A DNA stretch of 62,315 nucleotides, the filler included, from Nemertoderma westbladi (lineage: Eukaryota; Animalia; Xenacoelomorpha), in assembly GCA_032718475.1 (NCBI GenBank). It is 3 parts of 3 records of this genome, joined end to end, with 100 filler letters (N's around TTAATTAATTAA, not from the genome) between each part and the next. Parts side by side here need not be neighbours in the genome. Positions count along the whole stretch, not along the records: positions 1 to 25,584 come from JAUCBJ010003319.1; 2 more parts are not named here. One strand, given 5' to 3'. Position 1 is the stretch's first letter, and each line of letters opens with the position of its first letter. Below, in pieces: positions 1-12,664 of the stretch. The notes below the pieces were generated by a model. That model made no database searches and was not told where the DNA came from. It saw nothing but the letters and a program-made list of their open reading frames with translations. The position numbers were made by a program, and so were the translations under genes.

Positions 1-791
1 ATATCTGGTTGCTGCAATAATTTTATTAGGAATCCCATATAATGAAAGTATGTTGAACATAGGTGAAAATACATGCAACTTTTCGAATTTTAACATTATT
101 TGGAATCCTTGCATGGTCAACTTTCCATCTACCATCAAATTACTACAATGGTGAAGATGAAGAATAACTGCGGTGTAACTGGTGCAATATCGATGGAGAT
201 ACCGGTACCTTTTTTTAAAACGCTTGTAGCTAAAGAATTAAAACAAAAATAAAAATTCTGGCTTACCCAGTAAGTGGTCGGGAAGTGAAAATCTAACTTC
301 AATTCAATAATATAACTCAAACCCAAGCGGCATTGTTATGATACTGACGATAGTAATGCGATGTTGGGCTGATTCCTAGATAATATTATATGAACGCGAC
401 AATATTCTCATTTCCCACCCGCCATATACCGGTATAAAAGTTCTACCGGTACCTAAATTTATATAGTATATAGTAAATTAGGATCCCTGTTTTTTTATTC
501 TAGGCCTATGTAAATGATATGGTTGTATAATGTATACCCTATATCCCGATTTTAATTTTCAACTCATTTTATATGCCAATGTACCCATTGGAAATAAGCT
601 GAAAAGCGTTAGGGGTAAACCTCTGTGTTTTATTGGACAATATATATTATACCTATACCGGTATATACAATACATTGTTAGTTGTATTGTATATATTTGT
701 TAATTTTTATGCATAATATATAAATAAAATATTTTGCGCAAAAGTTTACTTGCAGTCGAATGATACCCGTGCGCGTCGTACCTCTATTCAG

Positions 792-844
792 GTAAACTCA
801 TAATTCTTTTAGATTTACTGATTAGCTACTTTTAATTTTCGCAG
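792..844 (+). other. Putative 53-nt 5'-UTR intron of the G-beta gene
   Basis: CAG|GTAAAC donor at 792, branch-like CTGAT at 818-822, pyrimidine tract and TTTTCGCAG acceptor ending 844, 29 nt upstream of the ATG. Confidence 0.6.
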
Positions 845-873
845 ATCTCTAGGTTTATCCCCAAACCGTAACA

Positions 874-1899
874 ATGGCAGCGGAATTAGAACAATTGCGA
901 TCGGAGGCGGAATCTCTTAAGAACCAGATCAGAGACTCACGTAAGAACGCGGCCGATACGACGCTGGCTGCGGTGTCATCCAGCATGGAGGCCGTCGGCC
1001 GGATACAGATGAGAACCCGTCGCACCCTGCGGGGACATCTCGCCAAGATCTACGCGATGCATTGGGGCTCGGAGAGTCGGTACCTAGTGAGCGCCTCGCA
1101 GGACGGTAAACTCATTGTCTGGGACTCCTATACCACCAACAAGGTTCACGCCATCCCCCTCCGCTCCAGCTGGGTAATGACCTGCGCGTACGCCCCCTCG
1201 GGGACCTACGTAGCCTGCGGAGGGTTAGACAACATCTGTTCGATCTACTCGCTCAAGACGCGAGAAGGCAACGTGCGCGTGAGTCGCGAGCTGCCCGGTC
1301 ACACCGGGTACCTCAGCTGTTGCCGCTTCATCGACGACAACCAAATAGTGACCAGCTCCGGCGACATGACCTGCGCCCTGTGGGACATCGAGACCGGCCA
1401 GCAGACCACCTCGTTTAGCGGCCACACCGGGGACGTTATGTCCCTGAGTTTGTCGCCGGATCAAAAGTGCTTCACCTCGGGTGCGTGCGACGCGTCGTCC
1501 AAGCTTTGGGACATCCGGGACGGGATGTGTCGGCAGACCTTCGCCGGACACGAGAGCGACATCAACGCGGTCACCTTCTTCCCCAATGGGAACGCTTTCG
1601 TCACGGGTTCGGACGACGCGACCTGTCGTCTCTTCGACATCCGAGCGGACCAGGAGCTCATGCTCTACTCCCACGACAACATCATCTGCGGGATCACCTC
1701 AGTGGCGTTCAGTAAGTCCGGTCGACTTCTCCTCGCCGGTTACGACGATTTCAATTGCAACGTTTGGGACGCGATGAAGGGCGAGCGAGCTGGGGTTCTA
1801 GCGGGTCACGACAACCGGGTCAGTTGCCTTGGCGTCACCGAGGATGGAATGGCAGTTGCAACCGGCTCCTGGGATAGTTTCCTCAAGATCTGGAACTAA
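874..1899 (+). CDS. GNB1: Heterotrimeric G-protein beta subunit (GNB1-4 class, WD40), intronless CDS
   Basis: 341-aa ORF close to metazoan Gbeta1: [42 protein letters not shown]-terminal [11 protein letters not shown]. Confidence 0.97.
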   Translation: MAAELEQLRSEAESLKNQIRDSRKNAADTTLAAVSSSMEAVGRIQMRTRRTLRGHLAKIYAMHWGSESRYLVSASQDGKLIVWDSYTTNKVHAIPLRSSWVMTCAYAPSGTYVACGGLDNICSIYSLKTREGNVRVSRELPGHTGYLSCCRFIDDNQIVTSSGDMTCALWDIETGQQTTSFSGHTGDVMSLSLSPDQKCFTSGACDASSKLWDIRDGMCRQTFAGHESDINAVTFFPNGNAFVTGSDDATCRLFDIRADQELMLYSHDNIICGITSVAFSKSGRLLLAGYDDFNCNVWDAMKGERAGVLAGHDNRVSCLGVTEDGMAVATGSWDSFLKIWN

Positions 1900-2899
1900 T
1901 TTATCCTCCTCCCTAGACTTTTAAATAGCCCCTCCCCTACTCGCACTGATTCTACCATTTAATTCTCGACATTTTCCTCTATGGTAGGTGCCGCATTCGC
2001 AGCTATATTATATTTCGACATTGAGTTTCTTGTGGCAGGTAAGATAGCCCTAGTGTGTGGCTATTTATATATTGTAATTATATTACGACTCATAACAGGT
2101 ACTTATATACTAACAAACTATAATAATACCTACTAACTCTACAATGCACTAGGCTTTATGTATAACTCATGTCTGGTGTATTATATTATATACCGATATA
2201 TATATAAATATTATACCGATATATATATAAATATTATACCGATATATATATAAATATTATACCGGTATATGTAAATAAATATCCAAAATTGAATAAATTT
2301 GCAGGACAAGAAAGTGAATATATATACCGGTATATATCGTGATAACAACCATTTTACCTTCTGTTTATTAAGGTAGCAAGAAACTTCGAAGTTTATTATC
2401 ACATATGTTTTGCTGTGTATGTTATATAATATGCTGTTAATGCGGCAGCTACCATTATGGAGTACAACACTGCAAATGTAATTTTTGACCCTTCCCCCCC
2501 CCCCCCCCCCCCCCCTACCCTATCTCCGCCGTTCCCCAAGAGTCTCTCTGTTGAGATACAAGTACCGGTACCTAATTTTTGAGTGCATTGTGGTCGACCT
2601 TCAACTGTCAGTGTTTGTTATTAACGGTTTCCCCCAATATTATTAGTTAACTGTGTTTTTTTTTATATGAAACATTCGCACGCTGGATACCCAGTAGGCA
2701 CCTAAACATCTAACTCCTTGTATTGTGTGCGTGTCGGTGTATGTGAGGTGCGTGTGTGTGCAACCATGTCGCGTTGGCAACCATGTCGCATAAATAGCAG
2801 CAACCGGGTAACCGTTTTTGGAGTTCAAAAAACTAATAGGAGTTTATGCTAACCTAAAGTTGCCACTACTTCACTTTGGTCCGTCCCCTGCCACCAGAT

Positions 2900-3002
2900 G
2901 GTACCATGTTAAGGTACCGGTACCATGTTAAGGTACCGGTACCATGTTAAGGTACCGGTACCATGTTAAGGTACCGGTACCATGTTAAGGTACCGGTACC
3001 AT
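2900..3002. repeat. 19-bp tandem repeat (GGTACCATGTTAAGGTACC), about 5.5 copies
   Basis: Perfect copies starting at 2900, 2919, 2938, 2957, 2976. Confidence 0.95.
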
Positions 3003-5594
3003 CTGTTTTTGTTGACCAGGTTACGACGTACTGTTTTTGCGACTAGGTTGAACCCACACTACTACTGATGCCAGCATAGTTTTATCCATCATGTTTTAAT
3101 ATTTACCTTTTTATATATTGTCATAGCAACTATAATTGCCCAATATTGTTATAACTAAAGGTTCTGATTAATATTTTCTCTTATTTTGCTTAAAACTTCT
3201 GAATTTTATTTTAGCGTGGGGCTTTAAATTATTCATGAATTTATTATACAAGGAATGGGATATGTTAATCGTTGAATTGTGTCAATTATCAGTAATTTAT
3301 GCTTTCCTACTGCTGTTAGTTGCCAAATATCCTTTATTATTATAATTATTATCACCTGTTCGTTTCTTTATGTATTGTATGATAGTCTTAATATTATATT
3401 ATAGATAGATAGGCACCAAATATTTACTAAACCCATAACCAAATATATACCGTTACGGTAACTCAACGAATAAGGTACTACTATATATTACGTCGCTTTG
3501 ATATCGTTTTCGCTTTTTTGATTAAAACTCACGACCTATTTTTTTGTTTATTGTATGTTCTAGGTGGCACTATTATTATCTTGATGTTGTAGTTATTGAC
3601 AATTTCCGGTTTAGTAATATATTTTACATGCATGTTTGTTTAGTGTTACAATAAGTCGCTTATCAACTGGTTGGGCAGTGTTTCAGGTTCTTTTGCGCCG
3701 TTTACTTTATACACTCGGGTTTGTGATGTTGTTGCGCATGCGCATAATAATGCTCATGCTCATTCAAATTTGCAGGTCTACATTTTGCAATAATCTCTCC
3801 GCGTAGTGTTTGCAATATTACTTTACGTACCGGTTTGGTTCCGCCAGTGCATTATTTGTTCGCAAATATAAATACGTGCAGTTTTATTTAATGTTGTTAA
3901 CTTGATTCAGTTCCGGTTGTGCCATGTTCCCTGGAACTCACAACCTTATAGTCTATATTACCCAACCCAAGATAGTAAATAAAGAGGACGCGCTCATATA
4001 GAGTGTTTACTGTTTACATATACTATTAAATTATCGATTATTATTTTATACTCTAGTTAAGTGGTCTGGTACTGTAAATAAGAGGGTTCTAGGGTATATG
4101 GCACTCTGGTTTGTACAGTAGACAACTAACACAGGGTTCTAGGGTATATGGCACTCTGGTTTGTACACAACTAACACACGCAACTGATTATATTATAACT
4201 AATTATTAATAGTAGAATATGATATTCGTGAATAAGAAACTCTTGCACAACAAATATCTAATCAAAATGTTCAATATAATTCATAATTAAAATAATTCCA
4301 AGTTGGAAACTTTATTGTTGGTTAAATTTGATTTGATTCAGTATACACCCCAGTCAAACCGAGTTTTCATTGGTTACATTTGCGGTATATGCTTTATAAC
4401 TTATTAATTTATAATATTTTTAAATTAATTGGATTAGTGTTTCACTTTATCCACGTTGTTCTTGTTGTGATATAGTTTGGTGGCGATCCCCTATGTGCGC
4501 TCTTTATTTACGATATTAATATCTTGAAAATCATGTAATTTGTATGTCAATATTTTTCGGTTAACAGGGAAGTCAGAGTCAAGTCGCCCCCCTAAACCCA
4601 AATAAAACACATTAAAAAAATACAGTATTTGTTCTATGCAACCAACCTCTATAACAATCATCATATGCACTGCAACCTGAACCTGAATGTAACTGAAAGG
4701 GTAGCCTATATGACAAAAGATAGTAAAGAAAGGCCCCGGTAGTAATTATATACCATGCCGGGGCCCGGGGGCTCAGAGAACGTTAATTACTTTCAATTCG
4801 ATTACGGTCGCGAATATTTATGCTACTGCTGTCCCATGTATCATTCGAAAATTGTGGTGTATTTGTAATGTTATATAACTTTAATAATAATAATAATATC
4901 TTACGGCTAAGGAAGTTAATTATATAAAACTCGGAAACTATTGAGCTACTAGCTGTGCTTTAGCGGCAGGCGAAATTCTAGGAATCTGGGGGTGGGGATG
5001 CCGTATGAATGTAATAATTTGAAGAATCAAACTCATCAAATAATTTTTGATAGTGGCTTGTGGGCGGGGAGGTTTTGCAATTAGTATTCCAGTGGTTGTA
5101 GTTGGTAGCACCTTGGTACAACAGGAATATAACCCCGGGATAATTGCGATGTTTTCATATTTTTAGGAAATGAGCGTGGAACAGTGTAAGGTATGTTTAG
5201 GTGTTTATAGTCTCGGAACGGCCATTTGAAGTCCCAGGAATTTTCTCTTCTCTTATCTGTATTGGTGAGCAGCGGTTGTTATTCGCAACCGGTTCCGGTT
5301 GTTCTAATGTGACGGGCTTTATTTTTAACTAATATTATATGGGAGATATAATTTATTAGATTATCATTATTACATTATGTTTAAATTTAGGGTGCAATGG
5401 TCTGGTCACCCTTGCGATGTTATATACTCCATACTCTTTTTATAGGAAAAAACGTTAAACTATTAAAAATCGTTCTATTATGAAATCGTAACCTGGGTGT
5501 TTAATTGTCTTTCAATTATCTATTATTTTTTTACTGTATATTGCCTTATATATTTGGTGTTAATTTATCTCACATCCCACCACGATACTATCCC

Positions 5595-6666
5595 TCATGG
5601 CGCATCCTTGCCAACCTCTAGATAATCCCGTTCTAACGCCGCCAGATCGTGTCTCGCGTCATCGAACTCTCCTTCCTCCATCCCCTCTCCGACGTACCAA
5701 TGTACGAACGCGCGCTTAGCGTACATTAAATCAAATTTCCGGTTCAGACGAGACCAAACATCGCACATTGCCGTGTTGTTACACAGCAAACACACTGACC
5801 TCATTGACTTGCACATATCACTTTGAGGAGCTACGGTAACTGGTTGATAGTTGATGCCTATCTTAAAACCCGTGGGGCACCACTCAACAAAATTCACTTT
5901 CTTGTCTCTCTTTATTTTCATGATGGCGCTGTTGATTTCATTTGGTATCGCATCACCCCGGTATAACATGCAACACGCCATGTACTTCCCTTGCGACGGG
6001 TTGCTGCGTATCATTTGGTTGCTCTTAAGGAAACACGCAATACTAATCTGTTGTACAGACATTTCCTCGTGTTTGGCTCGATCCACCGTTAGTATAGGCG
6101 CATACGCAGTCATCGGGAAGTGGATCCGCGGGTAAGGAATCAAATTCGTCTGAAATTCACACAAATCGCAGTTCAAACATCCATCGAATCGCAACGAGGT
6201 CGTGATCGAACTCATTACTTGGCTGAGTAATTTGTTTAGATGGCAATAATTCGGCCTTTCTATGTAAAGATTGGTGCGGCAGATATCGTAACATGCCTGA
6301 TTGTCTAGAAGGAAGGCGCAGTCAACATGTTCAATGCTGCTGTGAGTCGTTAGGACTGCGTTATACGGCTCCACTACTGCGGTAGAAATTTCGGGAGATG
6401 GGAAAATTGGTAGATGGAATTTTGAAGACTTTCCATACTCTTGGGCGAGGTTCTCCAAGAGTAGTGAGGTGAAACCAGATCCGGTCCCTCCCCCGTAGCT
6501 GTGGAACAACATGAAACCCTGAAGATTCTCGCAATTCTCAGTGACTCTGTGCAGTCTATCTAGGACTACCTCTAGTATTTCTTTCCCCAAAGTATAGTGG
6601 CCTCTCGCATAATTATTCGCTGCGTCTTCTTTCCCGCTTATCATTTGCTCCGGGTGATATAAATAC
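5595..6666 (-). CDS. Divergent alpha-tubulin A, exon 2 of 2
   Basis: Acceptor CCTGCAG| before 6666 gives (R)[25 protein letters not shown]; GGGTGSG signature; [16 protein letters not shown]; spliced product 442 aa ending EVGKDAP. Confidence 0.93.
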
Positions 6667-6956
6667 CTGCAGGAAACGGCGAAATATTAGGGTTAATAAT
6701 AATGTAGCCTTCACACCGCTCTATTCTATTTCCCACCCAGTGTTTATTATTATTATGATATTTTTATTTTGGGTCGGTAATCGTGTCCAAACCCACAAAA
6801 TAATATTCAGAGTTTCGTTTTAAGAAAAGTGAATCATCTCAGTGCGTTTGTCGAAATAGTCATTTGGAATTTTTATTAAATTATTTCGAGGGAACAAATT
6901 ATATCGTTAAATGAATTTATTGTCTAAACTAAATTAATATTCATTGACCTTTTCTG

Positions 6957-7647
6957 GACCGTTTGTTTTCATTGACAGTGTCTACTAGAGGACCGTTTGT
7001 TTTCATTGACAGTGTCTACTAGAGGACCGTTTGTTTTCATTGACAGTGTCTACTAGAGGACCGTTTGTTTTCATTGACAGTGTCTACTAGAGGACCGTTT
7101 GTTTTCATTGACAGTGTCTACTAGAGGACCGTTTGTTTTCATTGACAGTGTCTACTAGAGGACTGTTTGGTTTTATTGACAGTGTCTACTAGAGGACCGT
7201 TTGTTTTCATTAACAGTGTCTACTAGAGGACCGTTTGTTTTCATTGACAGTGTCTACTAGAGGACCGTTTGTTTTCATTGACAGTGTCTACTAGAGGACC
7301 GTTTGTTTTCATTGACAGTGTCTACTAGAGGACCGTTTGTTTTCATTGACAGTGTCTACTAGATGACCGTTTGTTTTCATTGACAGTGTCTACTAGAGGA
7401 CCGTTTGTTTTCATTGACAGTGTCTACTAGAGGACCGTTTGTTTTCATTGACAGTGTCTACTAGAGGACCGTTTGTTTTCATTAACAGTGTCTACTAGAG
7501 GACCGTTTGTTTTCATTGACAGTGTCTACTAGAGGACCGTTTGTTTTCATTGACAGTGTCTACTAGAGGACCGTTTGTTTTCATTGGCAGTGTCTACTAG
7601 ATGACCGTTTGTTTTCATTGACAGTGTCTACTAGAGGACCGTTTGTT
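6957..7647. repeat. 34-bp intronic minisatellite (GACCGTTTGTTTTCATTGACAGTGTCTACTAGAG), about 20 copies
   Basis: Period 34 (6991, 7025, ...), inside tubulin A intron 6667-7796. Confidence 0.97.
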
Positions 7648-7796
7648 CAAGTGGATCCTTTGTCATGATGGACAATTTATCCTGGAGGAACTTTTTGCCC
7701 TCGTGGAGCTTTTGTCCTAGTGGACCCTGGACCCTATGTTCTAGTGGATCATTTATCCTGTTGGTACCTACGACTAAAACTCTACAATCTTCATAC

Positions 7797-8053
7797 CTGT
7801 AAGGCCCTGTCCGTATCTCATCAATCACAGACGGTTCTAAATCCACAAATATAGCCCTGGGTACATGGTTTTCGGATTGCGTGTGGGCGAAGAACGAATG
7901 GTAGGACGTGTCTGGCTGCTTTTCATCATCATCCTGGTTAATAATCTTACCAGTCGGTTCAATACCATGTTCCAGACAGAACAATTCCCAGACAGAGTTG
8001 CCTACCTGACTCCCACACTGTCCCACATGTATGGAAATCACCTCCCGTGGCAT
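7797..8053 (-). CDS. Divergent alpha-tubulin A, exon 1 of 2
   Basis: [14 protein letters not shown]...[10 protein letters not shown]...[22 protein letters not shown](R); phase-2 donor AG|GTATGA at 7796. Confidence 0.92.
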
Positions 8054-8640
8054 GTTGCATTACTTCAATCATATCTGAAGTAATTTGTGTATTATAATTT
8101 CCTGACAAGCCGCCATTTGATGTGACAAAACACGGACATAAAGTAGTTACGCGTTGACCTTTATAATATTTTGAGAGATTACCAATAGGACGGTGGTTAG
8201 TTTTACTACTGACATAACTGCTTGAGACGCAGTCGGTTGTTTTCATAATTTACATCCTTATACGTACAACGTAATGTAAGTACATACAGTAAACTAAGTG
8301 ACAAAACGTGATAAACACTTAGCCATGCCTCCAGAAATGATTAGCTATCTTTAGGGTATAAATTACATTGTAAACACTCATCAAATTGTGAAAATGAAAC
8401 ATTTCTTAAAAATAAATAATACATTTAGAATTTTTGTTCCCCAAACGCATGCCAACAATTAGTTCTTAAATATCATCAACAGTTTAAATATTCTACATTA
8501 CTAGCTAGTTTCGTAATTTTCGTAAATAATTGGTCTGTTAAGTTTTAACTCACTATTTTATAAAAAATACCATCTAAATAAGTTTTGCTCGCTAATTTAT
8601 TGATTGTGAGTTGGTATGCTTATCTTTCAGTTTCATCTGA

Positions 8641-8760
8641 TGGAAAAATTTATTACAATTTTCATGAGATATTCGATTTTTCGATTTACATAAAATTTCC
8701 TGGAAAAATGTATTACAATTTTCATGAGATATTCGGTTTTTCGATTTACATAAAATTTCC
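8641..8760. repeat. 60-bp tandem duplication (2 copies)
   Basis: 8641-8700 and 8701-8760 differ at 2 positions. Confidence 0.9.
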
Positions 8761-10614
8761 TATGTAAAATTAACTATGTAATTTTGACACTAAAGTTAGC
8801 TAATAAATTCCGGCTGCATACCAAAATGTTTAGTGCGCCTTGCTAAGTGCTAAGTAAAATAATAAAAAAGAATTCTAGAATCGAATCTCATTAGATCCCC
8901 CAAGAAGTTCCATAATAGTTGATGTAATTTACTTTATCAGCTGCCACTTCTCCCATATCAATGTATCATCATACAGTTCGCGAAATGAGCTCGGGGTCCT
9001 GTGAGGATACGATACGGGCTGGTCGTAACTATGGACTACGATGGCTAGGCTTGGCTTTAATTAATATATCGAGGACGTGACTATTATTGATTACGTAGCG
9101 GGCGAACAGACATGTATTAACTTCTATATTATATAGAATGTACTGTACTATAATGTCACCACGATATCTAGTCAATGCGAATGGTCTCCCAACTAGGAAT
9201 ATCGCATGAACGTAACGCATTAGGTTGGTTAGATGGATTAACTTGTATTTATTTTGGATTTATGGATATCAGTATTAGAGCTAATGAGTTTCTTTCGTAT
9301 AAGAGTTGATAATTAAACGGAAATAAAAATATTATTGAGGTGTATAATTATCATAAAGGCGACGCAATAAAAATTCATCCCTCACCAAAAAACTGAAATA
9401 ATGAAAAATAAATCTGTAACCTGTTCTATTGACTTTAGCCCCGCACTTTTCACAAACTTATTGCAATACTTGATTTATAATAATATGTTTAACTTCAAAC
9501 ATAATTACACTGAGCTCACAAATGATTTATTGTGATTACTACCATGTTATATCAATATAAATAGCTTTTGCTATTTAAATATTTGGGCGCCGTTGAGTGT
9601 TTATACTCAAACTCAATTTATGCAGACTGCAGACAGTAGGTAAATTTTTGCATTTATTGAAATAATTTGCACTATCGAGAAAGGCACGTTTTTCAAACGC
9701 TTGTAAAACATTTTTTAAAAGAAAATATATTAAAATGTTGGCACTTTCATAAAACAACACTGACACAATACTAATGTACACACATGATATGGCGTTCTAC
9801 ATCATGCATATGATTTACATGTTAGACATTATACAATTATCAAATTAGTGTAGATAAGCCTCATCTTTCTCCTTCTCACATTTCTGCATTGTTCCTGACA
9901 TTTAGGCGCCATTGCAGCTCAGTGCGCTATCGCAACAGGAATCCGCCCTTTCCAATATCTAAAAATATCTGTATAGGCGGCAATGCGATCCCTGATAATG
10001 TTTACCCCTACCTCCTCCCTTATGAGTTGTAAGAGGAACTGTATAGCTGGCCAGAATTTACTTACTCGGGGATTCATACATACCTAATAGGGAAGGCAAT
10101 ATTGGAGCAATCAGCACTGGCGAGATGGGGGGACTCCCTAGCAACATAGAAGCCAGCACTTCATGCAGGCATAGCTTCAATCGGCATGGCTCCTTGCGTA
10201 GCGTGCTATTTGCCTCTGCTAAGTTGGTACCTTGAGCTTTACAGTTGTAGCTAACTAAGCCTACTGGCTGGTTGGCGTTTCAGTTATAGAGCTGCTCTAA
10301 TAGAAGTATACGATAACCCCCTAGCGTTGATCTCCGTTATTTCGATTCCAGTGATGAATTTCTATACAGGCCGGTGGGTGGTTGAAATTATGTTTCCCAA
10401 AAGAAATATTTGTAACTCCAGCCTTGCCTTTCTATCAAAACCTAAATTCTGGAGAGGATAGCGGCCCATTATTAGGGGCCATCAATTACTGACGTCACGC
10501 CGTAAAAGGAGGGGGGGGGGGTATCTGAGATTCTTTCAGTAAGATTGTACAGTATTCTACGGTCACAAGCTGCATATATATCGTTACCGGCACCGTACGA
10601 TACGGTACCTTCGG

Positions 10615-10750
10615 GTGAGGACCTTCGAATACGTAAGGGAAAGGCATGGGTTGCCTTGAATAGACTTTCCAGGATTTGGAAGTCACATATAATTAATCGG
10701 AAACTCAACGTCCGTCTCCTCTATGGGAGTCCATGGTGGGCTCTAAAAAC
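10615..10750 (+). mobile_element. RTE-clade LINE reverse transcriptase fragment
   Basis: DLRIRKGKAWVALNRLSRIWKS...LLYGS resembles the RTE RT C-terminal motif (RI.KAW.A...L..IWKS...LLYGSETW). Confidence 0.7.
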
Positions 10751-10935
10751 TTGTATATACCACTACATATTTGATTAAATAAAGTACCTGTATTTCACTT
10801 TCAGGCTCTCGTTTCATGTTTCAGTGCTACTTTATTTAAATCGAATATATAGTTTATATTACTGCGATTGAAAGTGTTTTATGTTGACCTAAAAGCTAAA
10901 TGTAAGGTTATCGGTGAACGTGAGAAACACGAATC

Positions 10936-11225
10936 ACAGGAGGCAACCGGAAGGCTCATTTCTCTTGGCTATTACCTGTAAGGCTGGGAGGGGGCCACAC
11001 AAACTCCCAAGGGTGAACACTCAATGGAGAAGCCAGGTTCCCATGGTTCCCATTATACACTGCGGGTTTGCGCCAACGCTAATGTCTAAAGTGTCTTGCT
11101 TAGGGTCACAGCAGTGTTACATTTATACAGCCTATAATTATTGTACAGTATTTTAATCTGCGCCGCCTAACACATTTGTGATTGCCATTGCGGTTGAGGC
11201 CCTATACCACATCCGACTAAGCGCC
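10936..11225 (-). mobile_element. Degenerate tRNA-derived SINE
   Basis: Minus strand begins GGCGCTTAGTCGGATGTGG (A-box-like), then a degenerate B-box (GCAGATTAAAATACTG), a central SINE motif GTGACCCTAAGCAAGACACTTTA, and a 3' end matching the 28-bp satellite unit. Confidence 0.6.
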
Positions 11226-11778
11226 TACTATAGGGTGGTCTGGGTGCAGACTGACTGACAGTCCAAATGCTGCCTATGTTTTGGAAATATTTTTGAGAAA
11301 AAAATGGTGAGGGGATTTTTTCTTTCGGCTAACAGTCGATTTCAACTAACAAAAACTTAACATGAAAAACAGGTCTCTCGAACCAATATATTATTATATT
11401 TGCTTTTTTCCGAGGTCACAGGGCAATTGCCAATCCATTACAATTGAGTCACCAATGTGATTTTATCAATAATATAAGAACCCGTATTACTTAAAGGTTT
11501 CTAAAATTATTACTTATTTGACACAATTACCATGGCAACCTGTGTCTAACCTCTCGAAACGACCTTTTAAGTGAGTTAAAACCGATTGGATAATTGGATA
11601 ATTTGGGTCAAATTTCAAATCCTTTCAGAGGTTGATGGGTCATATTTTGATTATAATAAATAAATTACAGTACGTATCCATGGAAAACATTTTAGCTAGT
11701 ATTTTTATTTTTCATTCTAAGAAACAAAATTATTAATTATTTGTGGCCAAATGTTGCAACATAGATAAAAAAAGTAAC

Positions 11779-12026
11779 ATGTCGCGGGAAGTACTATCTA
11801 TCCACATAGGGCAATGTGGGGTGCAAGTAGGTAACGCTACGTGGGAACTATTTTGTTTGGAACATGGAATTCAACCCGATGGTATGAAACCAAACTCTGA
11901 GAGTATGAAAGACACCTCGTTCGAAACGTTCTACTCCCATACCCCATCGGGGAACCACGTTCCTCGCGCTATATTCCTCGACTTGGAACCAACAGTGATT
12001 GATGAGATTAGAACTGGAACGTACAG
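11779..12026 (+). CDS. Divergent alpha-tubulin B, exon 1 of 2
   Basis: [14 protein letters not shown]...[22 protein letters not shown](R); phase-2 donor AG|GTGCAG at 12027, the same position as in tubulin A. Confidence 0.92.
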
Positions 12027-12664
12027 GTGCAGTTCCTTAATTAACAGTAGGCCTATTATTAATTAACTACCTGTACTTATATTCTAAAATCCATGGACTT
12101 CGCTCTGACGACACCCCCCGCCATACTTTTTAATCAGTCAGTTTTTAGTGCTTTTTTGATATTGGTGGATGTTCTCGAACATGAGTAGGCCTACATACTT
12201 TTTTATGGTAGCTAGTGTTTTTTTACTACTTTGCTTTTTAATATTTTAAAAATAATTTTTTTCGATTTTGTTATTTGAAAAAGTGTTCTAGAACATTAAT
12301 TATTATTATTTATTAAGGTAGGCCTACCTGATGTTTTTCTTTTGTTTACTACGGTAGCTAATTTTTGAAATTCTAAAATAAATTTGTGAAAACATTGATT
12401 AACTACTGTTGCAGAATTATTAATGGCCAAAAATATTTATATACAGTAGTCGAGTCAATCTAGCAAAAAACCCATAAGACATATTTTGGATACTATATCA
12501 CCTTATTAATGCCCAAAAAGAGTCTATAAAATAATAATGTTTTATAATGGAAATTCTGGGTGAATTTCCATAAAACAAGCCAAACAAAATGAACAGTAGG
12601 GAAGCGTAAGTAGCAAATTAGTGATGTTCCAAAATTATTTAATTAATTTCACAATAAGCTGTCT

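Noticed and set aside
855-1777. Antisense and alternate-frame ORFs over the G-beta CDS (likewise over the tubulins)
   Set aside because: Shadow ORFs expected from GC-rich codon usage
7797-8053. MPRE...GQCG start suggesting gamma-tubulin
   Set aside because: The body has alpha-specific motifs ([34 protein letters not shown])
9905-10330. GC-richer segment starting GGCGCCATTGCAGCTCAG, possible RTE 5' UTR or HDV-like ribozyme
   Set aside because: Could not assemble the P1-P4 pseudoknot or a B-box by eye; too degenerate to call
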